A stretch of DNA of 64,000 nucleotides from Eledone cirrhosa (lineage: Eukaryota): NCBI GenBank assembly GCA_964016885.1, contig OZ024749.1:35402001-35466000 (forward strand). The letters run 5' to 3'. Positions within the stretch are counted from its first letter, which is position 1. The number at the start of each line of letters is the position of its first letter. The notes beneath the pieces are model-generated. The model was given only the letters and a program-made list of their open reading frames with translations. It was not told the origin of the DNA and did no database searches. A program made the position numbers and the translations under genes. This document shows, in pieces, positions 26,005 through 38,849 of the stretch.

Positions 26005-26057
26005 GAGCTTCCTGAAGATTTCATCTGAATGAAACAGTACTAGTCCTGTAGAAGTTC
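26005..26057 (+). ncRNA. Type I hammerhead ribozyme motif (family C)
   Basis: GAGCTTC-CTGAAGA-T-TTC/atct/GAA-T-GAAA-CAG/tactagtc/CTG-TA^GAAGTTC. Stem I is 7 bp; stem III is ACAG/CTGT. Confidence 0.75.
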
Positions 26058-26143
26058 CCTCTATAAAATAAAAAAAATTTTACTCTGCCATGTATTGAGT
26101 ACCTTACTTACTGTGGTTATCCCCGACTCAACCCGGGACCTAC

Positions 26144-26198
<55 letters not shown>

Positions 26199-26421
26199 TG
26201 CATGTATATATGTATATATATGAATGCATGTATATATGTATACATCTTAATATATATATGTATATATACAGAGAGAAACAGAGAGATATGTATGTTTATG
26301 TGTATATATAGAGTCCACCAATAAGATGTATATACACTTCAGAAAAAAAGTACATTTGCATTAAGATATCTCAACATGGACATTTATCTTCTGTATGTGT
26401 GCACATATATATATATAAAAC

Positions 26422-26455
<34 letters not shown>

Positions 26456-26466
26456 ATATATATATA

Positions 26467-27142
26467 TCATCATCATCATCATCATCTTCGTTTAACGTCC
26501 ATTTTCCACGCTAGCATGGGTTAGATGGGAGTTGTCCCACTTGAGGCAAGGTTGGTCGGGTGACCATGTCTCGCTCATATAGGACTATTTGGCAGGTTTT
26601 CTATGGCTGGATGCCCTTCCTAACACCAACCACATTTACAGTGTGGAACTGGGAACTTTTTACCGTGTTACCTACACGACCACATTACAGCGTGGACTGT
26701 GTGTTTTTTTTCTCGTGACACCTACATGATCTCGATCTCGATCTCATTTATCTCATTTATTTGGACTGGATGTTGTGGTACCAACTTTATAGAGAGAGGG
26801 TGGTGTTGGTGGGAGTGGGAGGATAGGGTAGGGGTAGTGGATTGGGGTGTATATTTGGTTAAGAGGTGCCTACTGACTGTAGGTTTCGCTTTGTACATAG
26901 GCAAGGCGGGTCTTCTGTATTACTGCGTAGCGCCAAAGATCTCAGTCCAGTGACATTGTCTTAGAGAGGTGCAAGTGTGTAAGGTCGGAATTTATCAGAT
27001 TGTCCCAGGTTTTTCTGGGTCTACCTACTCCGTAACTACCATCAATTTTGATCGCCCTGCACTTTTTTATACAGCTGTTGTCTTTCATGTGCATCACGTG
27101 GCCATACCAATGTAGTCTTCTCTCGAGTAAACAACATCTGAT

Positions 27143-27145
<3 letters not shown>
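26467..27145 (-). mobile_element. RTE LINE, 5'-truncated
   Basis: [29 protein letters not shown]...[15 protein letters not shown]; (CAT)n tail. Confidence 0.9.
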
Positions 27146-27181
<36 letters not shown>

Positions 27182-27202
27182 TATATACATATATATATAA
27201 AC

Positions 27203-27239
<37 letters not shown>

Positions 27240-27254
27240 CATATATATATAAAC

Positions 27255-27289
<35 letters not shown>

Positions 27290-27325
27290 AACATATACAT
27301 ATAAACATATATATACATATATATA

Positions 27326-27357
<32 letters not shown>

Positions 27358-28722
27358 CATATATACATATATACATATATACACATACATATATACAGAT
27401 ATACACATACATATATACATATACATATATTTACATACATATATACATATTTGTACATACATGTATACATATACATTTATATACATACATGTATACATAT
27501 ACACATTTACATATATATACACATGCATGTATACATATACATATATACACACACACATATATATATATACATACATGTATACATATATATATATATACAC
27601 ACACAGAGATATATATATACATATATGTATACATATACATATACACACGCACATATATATATACATACATGTATACACACACACACACATATATATGTAT
27701 ACATATATATATACACACATACATATACACACACACATATACTGTAGTATTGTAATGGCAAGAAGAATTGTCAAAGGAAAACAGAATGTATGTTTTTTTG
27801 CTGTGTCATCTCAATTTATTAGAGTGTGTGAGTGTGTGCATGGTGATCAACATTACTGTAGTTTGGGGAGGTCAGAGAATGTAGTCAGCTCACACTCAGA
27901 CGCCAAACTGGCACTAGCAACACCAAAAAAGATACCCCACACTCCCAGACCCACACCCACACAGTCATTTCTACTCAGAGTCACTCACTGTCCATTCAGA
28001 CAGGCTAGGCTACCCTCTCTATGGCCTACGGTGTCCATGTCTGCCCTGGGCAGTTGTATTTGATTGCAGTCACTGCCCTCCTAGACGGGCTGCCTTCATT
28101 TACAGCCACAGGGTCCACATCTATGCCATGCAGTCATTTTTAATCATTGTCTCGCCCAGTTGACCCACCTTCTCAAGGGTTTACAAGGCTCAACACATGT
28201 CCTGTGCAATCTTATTTTACTCAGTGTGACTTCTCTCCTAGACACTTGTCTATATTGAGCGGCAACTCAAACATCTTAAGAATCCTTCATTGGCCTTTCT
28301 AAGCATAGTTACGGTCCACAGAGCAGTGAATTACCATTTGTCATGTGACAGTCACATGAGAGGATATGTCTGAAAAGCAACACACCAGAATGTGGTGGAA
28401 AGGGGGTGGCTGGGACACAGCAAGTTTCAATATATGACACAACTCTAAGGTTGTGAAGTTTCAGAGTGTCTGTTGTAGTGAAAAGATGAAGAAAACCCCA
28501 AATGAGAATAGAACTTAATGCATGGCATGATACACTGTGGTTATATTGATGTGGTTATATATATATATATATATATATATTAAGTTGTTAAACAATATTC
28601 AATGATTATGTCAAAGAATGAGTTTTACAGTAGATTGGAAGCACTCAACGAAAAATAATTTTCAGGAGTTATTAATATTAAAATATAAGTATTAATAAAA
28701 TAGATGTTCTTTAGATCAATTA

Positions 28723-28777
28723 CATTTTATTATACATATTTCGAAGGTACAACAGTACATCCTCATCAGACAAAATA
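28723..28777 (-). ncRNA. Type I hammerhead ribozyme motif (family B)
   Basis: Minus strand: TATTTTGT-CTGATGA-GGATGTAC/tgtt/GTACCTTC-GAAA-TATGTA-TA^ATAAAATG. Confidence 0.75.
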
Positions 28778-28845
28778 TAATGATACATGACATACCCTGA
28801 GATGTTAAAATATTTTAACATCTCAGGGTATGTCATGTATCATTA

Positions 28846-28900
28846 TATTTTGTCTGATGAGGATGTACTGTTGTACATCCGAAATATGTATAATAAAATG
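28846..28900 (+). ncRNA. Type I hammerhead ribozyme motif (family B; best-formed copy)
   Basis: TATTTTGT-CTGATGA-GGATGTAC/tgtt/GTACATCC-GAAA-TATGTA-TA^ATAAAATG, with a perfect 8-bp stem II closed by G-C. Confidence 0.85.
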
Positions 28901-29006
28901 TAATTGATCTAAAGAACATCTATTTTATTAATAATTATATTTTAATATTTTGTTTCTGAATTTGTTTAGCAAGATTCTTTATCTGAAATCGTGTGTTGAA
29001 ACCGAT

Positions 29007-29527
29007 ATTGTTATACTTTGGGAAGGTCATGTTGCCAATAATCACAGAGGCAATAAACATAAAAGAATTACAACCAAAATTAAATAGAAAATATGAGTGG
29101 AACAGCAACATCACAACTTACAATTAAGGACAAAATGAAAACACACACACACATAGAACAAACAACCGACCGGTAACATGTAAATAAACAAATAAATAAA
29201 CAAATATAAACACACACAGACACCCGGATGTGGCGCATATGCAGACTGAGCACACACCACACACACACAGAAACAAAATGGCATAGGACAGAACAAAGGA
29301 GAGGCACAAAAACAAAGAAAAGAATCCCCAGTCACTGAAGAGGTCACAGAATGTGTGACGGAAGAACTTTGACAATATATAAACAGCTATCTGGTTGTGG
29401 AACCAACCAACCAACCAGAAATTTGTAAATTCATAAATTTATAAATTTATTATAATAAATTGAAGTGAAAGCAACTGGTGCGTGTGTTTCTTATTGGCAA
29501 CATGACCCTCCCAAAGTATAACAATAT
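29007..29527. mobile_element. Element with ~36-bp terminal inverted repeats (family G) and a decayed hammerhead at 29331-29373
   Basis: ATATTGTTATACTTTGGGAAGGTCATGTTGCCAATAA ... TTATTGGCAACATGACCCTCCCAAAGTATAACAATAT; internal GTCA-CTGAAGA-GGTCACA/gaatg/TGTGACG-GAAG..TT-TGAC. Relatives at 44935-45025 and 47617-47820. Confidence 0.6.
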
Positions 29528-29528
29528 A

Positions 29529-29575
<47 letters not shown>

Positions 29576-29621
29576 TTTCAGCTTACTATCACATGCTTCT
29601 ATATATAAATAAGTTTCTGAG

Positions 29622-30401
29622 GGATGATGATGGTGGTAGTGGTGATGATGATGGGGGTGATGGTGGTGGTGATGGTGGTGATGGTGATGGTGGTGATGGT
29701 GGTGGTGATGGTGATGATGGTGGTGATGGTGGTGGTGGTAGTGGTGATGATGATGGTGGTGATGGTGGTGGTGATGGTGGTGATGGTGGTGTTGATGGTG
29801 GTGGTGGCGATGGTGGTAGTGGTGATGATGGTGCTGGTGATGGTGACGATGATGCTGATGGTGGTGGTGACGATGATGAGGATGTAGGGGAGGTGATGAT
29901 TATGATGGTGGTGGTGATGGTGGTGATGGTGGTGGTGACGATGGTGGTAGTGATGATGATGGTGGTGGTGGTAGTGGTAGTGATGATGGTGGTGGTGGTG
30001 ACGAAGGTGGTGGTGGTGGTGGTGGTAGTGATGATGGTAATAATAATCATGATGATTACGATGGTCAGAGTGTTGAAGATAAGATGTAAACGATAATGAT
30101 AAAGAGAGGGGGGGGGAGTTCATTGCAATTTATAGACTGAATCATTCATTTCATTCTCCCTTTATCATCATCATCATCATACATCATCATACATCATCAT
30201 TATCATCATCACCATCATCATCATCATCATACATCACCATTATCATCATCATCATCATCATACATCACCCTTATCATCATCATCATCATCATCATCATAC
30301 ATCATACTTCATCATCATACATCATCATCATCATCATCATACTTCATCATCATACATCACCATCATCACCATATATCACCATTACCACCATCATCATCAT
30401 C

Positions 30402-30432
<31 letters not shown>

Positions 30433-30528
30433 CCATACATCACCATTATCATCATACATCATCATCATCATACATCACCGTTATCATCATCACCATCATC
30501 ATACATCATCATCACCCTCATCATCATC

Positions 30529-30560
<32 letters not shown>

Positions 30561-30693
30561 CATCACCCTCATCATCATCATCATCATCATCACCATCATC
30601 ATCATCACCACCATCATCACCATCATCATCATCACCATTATCACCATCATCATCATCACCATTTTCATCATCATCATCACCATTATCATCATC

Positions 30694-30725
<32 letters not shown>

Positions 30726-30765
30726 CACCATCATCATCATCACCATTATCATCATCATCATCATC
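29622..30765. repeat. (GAT/GGT)n tract followed by a (CAT/CAC)n tract
   Basis: Direct reading. Confidence 0.95.
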
Positions 30766-30827
30766 AAAGAAATAATTCCATAATTTCATTAATTCTTAAT
30801 TCAAAAGAAAAGAATACTGACTGACAA

Positions 30828-33355
30828 CTGGTGGTGGTGGTAGCTGTAGTGGTGGTGGTGGTGGTGGTGGTGGTGGTGGTAGCTGTTGTGGTGGTGGTGG
30901 TGGTGGTGGTCGTGGTAGCTGTAGTGGTGGTGGTGGTGGTGGTGGTGGTAGCTGTAGTGGTGGTGGTGGTGGTGGTAGCTGTTGTGGTGGTGGTGGTGGT
31001 GGTGGTGGTGGTGGTAGCTGTTGTGGTGGTGGTGGTGGTGGTAGCTGTTGTGGTGGTGGTGGTGGTGGTGGTGGTGGTGGTAGCTGTAGTGGTGGTGGTG
31101 GTGGTGGTGGTGGTGGTGGTAGCTGTTGTGGTGGTGGTGGTGGTGGTGGTCGTGGTAGCTGTAGTGGTGGTGGTGGTGGTGGTGGTGGTAGCTGTAGTGG
31201 TGGTGGTGGTGGTGGTAGCTGTTGTGGTGGTGGTGGTGGTGGTGGTGGTGGTGGTAGCTGTTGTGGTGGTGGTGGTGGTGGTAGCTGTTGTGGTGGTGGT
31301 GGTGGTGGTGGTGGTGGTGGTAGCTGTTGTGGTGGTGGTGGTGGTGGTGGTCGTGGTAGCTGTAGTGGTGGTGGTGGTGGTGGTGGTGGTAGCTGTAGTG
31401 GTGGTGGTGGTGGTGGTAGCTGTTGTGGTGGTGGTGGTGGTGGTGGTGGTGGTGGTAGCTGTAGTGGTGGTGGTGGTGGTGGTAGCTGTTGTGGTGGTGG
31501 TGGTGGTGGTGGTGGTGGTGGTAGCTGTTGTGGTGGTGGTGGTGGTGGTAGCTGTTGTGGTGGTGGTGGTGGTGGTGGTGGTGGTGGTAGCTGTTGTGGT
31601 GGTGGTGGTGGTGGTGGTGGTGGTGGTAGCTGTAGTGGTGGTGGTGGTGGTGGTAGCTGTTGTGGTGGTGGTGGTGGTGGTGGTGGTGGTAGCTGTAGTG
31701 GTGGTGGTGGTGGTGGTAGCTGTTGTGGTGGTGGTGGTGGTGGTGGTGGTGGTGGTAGCTGTAGTGGTGGTGGTGGTAGCTGTTGTGGTGGTGGTGGTGG
31801 TGGTGGTGGTGGTGGTAGCTGTTGTGGTGGTGGTGGTGGTGGTAGCTGTTGTGGTGGTGGTGGTGGTGGTGGTGGTGGTGGTAGCTGTAGTGGTGGTGGT
31901 GGTGGTGGTAGCTGTTGTGGTGGTGGTGGTGGTGGTGGTGGTGGTGGTAGCTGTAGTGGTGGTGGTGGTGGTGGTAGCTGTTGTGGTGGTGGTGGTGGTG
32001 GTGGTGGTAGCTGTAGTGGTGGTGGTGGTGGTGATGGTGGTGGTAGCTGTTGTGGTGGTGGTGGTGGTGGTAGCTGTAGTGGTGGTGGTGGTGGTGGTGG
32101 TGGTGGTAGCTGTTGTGGTGGTGGTGGTGGTGGTGGTGGTAGCTGTTGTGGTGGTGGTGGTGGTGGTGGTGGTAGCTGTTGTGGTGGTGGTGGTGGTGGT
32201 GGTGGTGGTAGCTGTAGTGGTGGTGGTGGTGGTGGTGGTGGTGGTAGCTGTTGTGGTGGTGGTGGTGGTGGTGGTGGTGGTAGCTGTTGTGGTGGTGGTG
32301 GTGGTGGTGGTGGTAGCTGTTGTGGTGGTGGTGGTGGTGGTGGTGGTGGTAGCTGTAGTGGTGGTGGTGGTGGTGATGGTGGTGGTAGCTGTAGTGGTGG
32401 TGGTGGTGGTGGTGGTGGTAGCTGTTGTGGTGGTGGTGGTGGTGGTAGCTGTAGTGGTGGTGGTGGTGATGGTGGTGGTAGCTGTAGTGGTGGTGGTGGT
32501 GGTGATGGTGGTGGTAGCTGTAGTGGTGGTGGTGGTGGTGGTGGTGGTAGCTGTTGTGGTGGTGGTGGTGGTGGTAGCTGTAGTGGTGGTGGTGGTGATG
32601 GTGGTGGTAGCTGTAGTGGTGGTGGTGGTGGTGATGGTGGTGGTAGCTGTAGTGGTGGTGGTGGTGGTGGTGGTGGTGGTGGTAGCTGTTGTGGTGGTGG
32701 TGGTGATGGTGGTGGTACTGTTGTGGTGGTGGTGGGAGCTGTTGTAGTGGTGGTGGTGATGATGGTGGTGGTGGTGGTGGTAGCTGTTGTGGTGGTGGTG
32801 GTGATGGTGGTGGTACTGTTGTGGTGGTGGTGGGAGCTGTTGTAGTGGTGGTGGTGATGATGGTGGTGGTGGTGGTGGTAGCTGTTGTTGTTGTAGTGGT
32901 GGTGGTGGGAGTTGTTGTAGTGGTGGTGGTGGTAGCTGTTGTAGTGGTGGAGCTGTTGTAGTGGTTGTTGTAGTGGTGGTGGTGGTAGCTGTTGTAGTGG
33001 TTGTGGTAGTGGGAGCTGTTGTAGTGGTTGTTGTAGTGGTGGTGGTGTAGCTGTTGTAGTGGTGGTGGTGGTAGCTGTTGTAGTGGTTGTTGTAGTGGTG
33101 GTGGTGGTAGCTGTTGTAGTGGTTGTGGTAGTGGGAGCTGTTGTAGTGGTTGTTGTAGTGGTGGTGGTGGTAGCTGTTGTAGTGGTTGTGGTAGTGGGAG
33201 CTGTTGTAGTGGTTGTTGTAGTGGTGGTGGTGTAGCTGTTGTAGTGGGAGTTGTTGTAGTGGTTGTTGTAGTGGTGGTGTTGGTAGATGTTGTAGTGGTT
33301 GTGGTAGTGGCAGTGGTGGTGGTAGCTGTGGTAGTGGCAGTGGTGGTGTTGGTGA
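30828..33355. repeat. [(GGT)n-AGCTGT(A/T)GT] compound satellite, ~2.5 kb
   Basis: GGT runs punctuated by GTAGCTGTAGT or GTAGCTGTTGT. Confidence 0.95.
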
Positions 33356-33904
33356 TAAAACTAATATCAATCTACCCCACTGCCACCCCCATCACACCGA
33401 AGACCTTCTTGGGTCAGTAATTGTTTCTACTATTTGGCACAAGGCCAGCAATTATCCCAGTACATTTCAGTAATAATATTTATTTGTTTGTATGTTATTC
33501 TCTCTCATACTATTCACATTAATTAGCTGCATTACTTTATCAAATTAAGTGTCTGACAAAGATTTATTTCAATTAACAATAATTTCTAAACACCTCATTT
33601 TATTATAACCCTTATGGACATCCATACTTCTCTGGGTTGTATTTTTTAATCCTTTTCATAACATTCTTTGATATAAAAATGTTATTGGTCCTAATTTGTT
33701 TGTTGTTAGAGTCTTTAACCCTTTCATTACCATATTTTAATCATAGATGCTGCCTATAATTTTCAAATAATTTTTTAAATCATTAAAAATTTGGGGGAAT
33801 TTAGATAAATAACTAATTTTCTCATGGGACATAATTTAACAAAGGTTCTTGCATAAAATAGATGTTGGAAGGTTATCTCCATCATCACCTTCGTCGTTTT
33901 TCCA

Positions 33905-34420
33905 TGTTGGACTTTGGTGTTTCCCAGATGCTTGGCCTCCGGATCTGTGAGCCACACAAATGTCGCTGAGGATCCACCGTAGACACGTTTGGCCTCCACC
34001 CGCTTTCCACACCATGCTGCTCTCAACGAGGTCATAAAGCATGGCTTGGATGCTGCAGGCTTCCCCTCCCAGCTCGAGCCTGTGGGGCTTAACCGAGGAG
34101 ATGGCATGACCATCTTTCTGTTCCGTGGTGGTAAACCCTTCGTCTGGGATGCCACTTGCAGCAACACATTCTCCAGTGGCAACCTGGTGCAGTCTGCGAC
34201 TAACCCAGGCTCTGCTGCACCTCGGGCTGAGGAGGGTAAACTCTTCAAATATCGATCACTCTCCAACAGGTTTGCAGTCGAGCCCCTATGACCACCTTCA
34301 TACTCACCACCATCGGCGCAGAGCTGACTAGCCGCAGGTGTGAGCCTCGTGAGTTGGAATGGCTCTTCCAGCGTATCTCCCATACCATCCTCCGGGGAAA
34401 CGTCTTCTCTATACGAAGAA
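33905..34420 (+). mobile_element. Decayed CRE-like non-LTR retrotransposon 3' region (Zn knuckle plus restriction-like endonuclease)
   Basis: Reading across frameshifts: LGLRICEPHKCR*GSTVDTFGLHPLS, RFPHHAALNEVIKHGLDAAGFPSQLEPVGLNRGDG, GKPFVWDATC, AAPRAEEGKLFKY, WLFQRISHTILRGN. This is the motif order of early-branching RLE elements; the RPD motif is deleted. Confidence 0.8.
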
Positions 34421-35117
34421 ATTATTAACCCAAGTAGAATGGATGCTGTCCCTAACAGATCCACCGTCAGTAAATTAACAAACAAAAGACTTTACGTAAG
34501 AAGTAAACAAACATCGACATTATTTAACGTCTTAAATTAAATTCACATATGTCGTTGTATGAATCATTTAAAAACCTTATCCGTTCTCTGTTTAACTTGG
34601 AACCACCACAATTTAGATTATTTTACTGCCAGAAACAATTGTAGAGATTTTGGACAAGAAATGAAGAATGGTTGACTTTCTGATGTTTTCGTTAAGAAAT
34701 TAAACAGAAATGACGATACGACTTTAAAATAGGAATAAATAAAAACATGTCACGAAGCTGGTTTATTTATCTTGTTAAAGTAGGTTTACTTTAGATAGGA
34801 ATAAAAAAATAAAGCTACTACCATTAAACAACGATAGTAATGTTGGTTAGAAAGAAGAAGTTAATAGGTGTGTAATATATGTGAAGGAATGGTTATTATG
34901 TGAAGGACATTAAATATCTTGTTTTAAAGACATGGAAAACGAACTGGTTATAGTGGAAGATAAAACAATGGTAGAGAGAGTAATATAATATTAAAAGAAG
35001 TCAGCTGTAAGATAAATTAATGAAGTAAACTTACTCTGTTGTATTTTATGTCCATATATGTTAATTAATCCTGTTGTGAGTCAACAGATGACATTTCGCA
35101 AACATCGTCTGCTATAC

Positions 35118-35630
35118 ATTAATTGTTTCTACTTTTGGCACAAGGCCAGCAATTATCTCAGTGTATTGCTGGTACTTTATTTTATCGACCCTGGAAGGAT
35201 GAAAGGCAAAGTTAACCTCAGCGGGATTTGAACTCAGATCATAAAGAGAGGTAACTCTATGCTTCAAAGCATGGCGCCCGACCCTCTACCGGTACCGCCA
35301 ACCCGCCGCTATACATTAATTGTTTCTACTTTAGGCACAAGGCCAGCAATTAACCAGTGCATTACTGGTACTTTATTTTATCGACCCCGTAAGGATGAAA
35401 GGCAAAGTCAACCTCGGCGGGATTTGAACTCAGAATGGCAAGGGCCGTAACTCTATGCGTCAAAGCATGGCGTCCGACCCTCTACCGATATTGCCAATCC
35501 ACCGCCAATCTACATTAATTGTTTCTACTTTAGGCACAAGGCCAGCAATTATCCAGTGCATTACTGGTACTTTATTTTATCGACCCCGTAAGGATGAAAG
35601 GCAAAGTCAACCTCGGCGGGATTTGAATGC
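35118..35630 (-). mobile_element. Three tandem SINE family 2 copies
   Basis: Each begins TACATTAATTGTTTCTACTTT on the + strand. Confidence 0.92.
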
Positions 35631-36097
35631 CGTTCCGTATGTCGTATACCTTAAAATGTATTAAAGTAACTACAGACTTTTTAACATTTTTTTGTATTCT
35701 TGTTATTTTTTATGAAAAAATAAAAACTGACTATTTTCACCGTTGAAAACGACGATTTCAGTAAAAAGATTTATTTATTTTTAAAGTGTTAATAAAAACA
35801 TTGTCATTAATGTCTTTTGAAACAGACAAGTTCTATAAAACTGGATATTTTAGTTAACAGATTTCACCTCAAAATTTAAAGACACATTCAAATATTGGGG
35901 GATAATTTTACAAGTTATTTTCTGTTCGTAATTTTATGTTTACGACAAGAAAAATCTATTAATAAAATTAAATAAAAATTAAAAGATGAAAAAAATATTA
36001 CTTTTACAAAAATCCGTTTTTGCAGAAGAAATAAAAAAAAAAATTTAGACAATTAAATGGACTAATGGTTTAAATTTGTGACATTAATGGTAGGGTA

Positions 36098-36200
36098 ATA
36101 ATTGTTTCTACTTTAGGCACAAGGCCAGCAATTACCCAGTGCATTACTGGTACTTTATTTTATCGACCCCGTAAGGATGAAAGGCAAAGTAAACCTCGTA
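36098..36200 (-). mobile_element. SINE family 2, truncated
   Basis: Matches the 3' half of the other copies. Confidence 0.9.
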
Positions 36201-36975
36201 TGGTTGGGTCATAATAATGGTTGAGTTTATAAAAATTAGTGACATTTCTCTACCAAAGTCTTCTTTCGCATGTGTTCCACTGTTTTTCTTTGTTCTCCCA
36301 TCATGCAACACTCAAAGTCTTCTTCATTTTGTTGTGTTGGACAGATGAGGGACAACTTAAGTTTACAGGGAACCCCAGGGTGAAAATTTCCTTGGTACTC
36401 TTGTGTATTATTTATGGTATATATATAAAAAAAAATTGAGGTCCCCGAAATGTTGTCTGGGAACCTTGGCTACAGACCCTGCCTCTTATTAATCTACCAT
36501 TGGTGTTGGGTAAAATTATAATGGTCTCTAATTTATGTACGAGGCCAACAATAAGGGTTAGTGGATTAAATTGACCCCAGTACTTGACTTTTACTTTATT
36601 TCATCGATCCTAGAAAAACGAAGGACAAAGTTGACCTTGGTGGGATTTGAATTCAAGGATAAATAAAAAATATGAACAAAACACCTGACTCTGGTTCTAT
36701 GAAACAAAACAATCCATTTTAATGGGTTCTGATTAAATAAAAAAAAGAAACCAATACCATTTTATATCAGAACCATATATTAAGTTACTTCTTAGTAATG
36801 AAATAATATATATCTTTTAGAAAATTATCCAAAATTCTTCACCAGTTAATTGAAATAGAGTGTATTGCATTGGAAATACAGTCATGAAAGGTTAAGCAAT
36901 GATAACATATAACATACTTTCATTTAGAGACCATGTAGTGTAATAATAAACCTCATTATTTCTCATTATATCTCT

Positions 36976-37163
36976 GGTGGATTGGCAGTATCGGTAGAGG
37001 GTCGGACGCCATGCTTTCTAGCATAGTTACGTCCCTTTACAGTCTGAGTTCAAATCCCGCCAAGGTTAACTTTGCCTTTCATCCTTACGGGGTCGATAAA
37101 ATAAAAGTACCAGTAATGTACTGGAGTAATTGCTGGCCTTGTGCCTAAAGTAGAAACAATTAT
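36976..37163 (+). mobile_element. SINE family 2, near full length, with TSD
   Basis: GGATTGGCAGTATCGGTAGAG...GAGTTCAAATCC...GTAGAAACA flanked by duplicated ATTATATCTCTGGTG. Confidence 0.92.
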
Positions 37164-37501
37164 ATCTCTGGTGTCGTGGCAATATAATAAGGAATTATGT
37201 CAAAAATATATTACACCTGCAACATATACTGAAATATTTAAAATCCTAGTGGAAGGAAGCTGAAACTCACAGCAGAGATGACAAAAGGAAGCAATGAGTG
37301 GGGAGATGCTATATTGAAAAGGACCTGTCCAACCCATGTAAGTGTGGAAAAGCAAAAGTAAAACAATAATGGTGGTGATGATGATGATATATGCCCCAGT
37401 ACTTATCTTTTGAAGTCAGGCATTAATTTTATTTATCTCTTTTTTGTAGAACCCCCAAGTTATGGGACATAAACATACATGCATATGCTTGTATATATAT
37501 A

Positions 37502-37858
37502 TCATCATCATCATCATCATCAACGTTTAACGCCCATGTTCCACGCTTGCATGGGTTTGGACGGGGGTAGTCCCACTTGAGGCAAGAGTGATTGTCTTGC
37601 TCGCATCGGACTGTCTGGCAGGTTTTCTACAGTTGGATGCCCTTCCTAACACCAACCACATTTACAGTGTGGGTCTGGGAGGTTTTTACCGTGTTGCCTA
37701 CACGGCCACATTACAGCGTGGACTGTGTATTTTTTTGTCGTGACACCTACACGATCTCATTTGTTTCGGCCTGGATGGTGTGGCACCAACATAACTTTAC
37801 ATAGGAGGGGGGGGGGGGGTGTATTTTGTTAGAGATGCCTACTGGCTGTAGTAGGTTT

Positions 37859-37862
<4 letters not shown>
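37502..37862 (-). mobile_element. RTE 3' UTR only
   Basis: Homologous to 48008-48515 (GGATGCCCTTCCTAACACCAACCAC); (CAT)n tail. Confidence 0.85.
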
Positions 37863-37940
<78 letters not shown>

Positions 37941-38229
37941 AAGTGAAATAACAGGAGGCCAAATATGTTGAATTTCCTTAATTGTGTATTTCTGCTCTAC
38001 CAACATGATTCAACATTGAAGATGGATGAATTGCATAACGTTGAGTGCTTTTCTCATATTACATCAAGGTTAACATTGCAGAATAACCAATTCTACCCAG
38101 TGGTAAACCACCAAATTTAAACATATATATTAGAAAATGAGGTTTTTTTTTACAAAATGAAAAAAAAAACGAGATGTGAAATTATAAGGAAAAAAGATAA
38201 AATCGAAAATTCAACTGGAGTCTTTTTAA

Positions 38230-38570
38230 GAATATTTATTTGGTTCCTTTACCGGTTTCGCAGTTCTTGTGCTTTTCAAAAGTAGAATTGAGATGGAGGG
38301 TTTGTGGTTTTTCTTGCAAGAAAAACCACAAACCCTCCAAGCTAACTTGGCAACCCACTTCGAACACTGGATTAACCCCTTTACTTTCCTCAGACGAAGA
38401 GATATTATCTTGAAATATCAGGATATATGAATAAATTAGGTAAAAGACTAATTGTCAGCGCTATCTTTTACATTTATATTCTATCTCCAAACCTGCATTG
38501 TTCTGGCCTTATAACTTCAAACGCTTATACCTCACTACACAATTCTTCAAGTAAACTACCAATTCCTTCA
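38230..38570. mobile_element. Probable Penelope-like remnants: variant hammerhead (minus, ~38243-38285), 46-bp perfect palindrome (38294-38339) and a decayed motif near 38390-38430
   Basis: Minus strand CTT-TTGAAAA-GCA/caagaac/TGC-GAAA-CCGG-TA^AAG; palindrome TGGAGGGTTTGTGGTTTTTCTTG|CAAGAAAAACCACAAACCCTCCA. Confidence 0.5.
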
Positions 38571-38849
38571 TATATATATATATATAAGTTGACCCCGAGT
38601 TGAGTCAGGGGTAACCACAGTAAATAAGGTACTCAATACATATGTAGAGTGACAACAGAAGTTTATATAGAAAAAGCATCTACAGGACTATAACTGTTTC
38701 ATTCGTGTGTGAGTGTAGATATATCATCATCATCATCATCGTTTAACATCCATCTTCCATGAGAGAGGTTGTCAAAATTAAGATTAGTGTAAGATTAATA
38801 TATGACAAGGAATAGACCCTCACAAAACAATAGTTATCTCTCAAAATAC

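Larger units (their letters stand above)
25929..26145. mobile_element. (TA)n-flanked fold-back element, family C
   Basis: Palindrome centred on 26004. Relatives at 42290-42485, 38587-38705 and 17420-17458. Confidence 0.8.
28581..28950. mobile_element. Fold-back element, family B
   Basis: Spacerless palindrome centred at 28811/28812 (GATGTTAAAAT|ATTTTAACATC) with ~135-bp arms. Confidence 0.8.

Noticed and set aside
30764-33370. 868-aa poly-Thr (mucin-like) and 638-aa poly-Val ORFs
   Set aside because: Translations of a (GGT)n compound satellite that is open on both strands because of low complexity; no domain or splice context.
33775-34485. 236-aa minus-strand ORF
   Set aside because: Antisense to the decayed RLE retrotransposon fragment.
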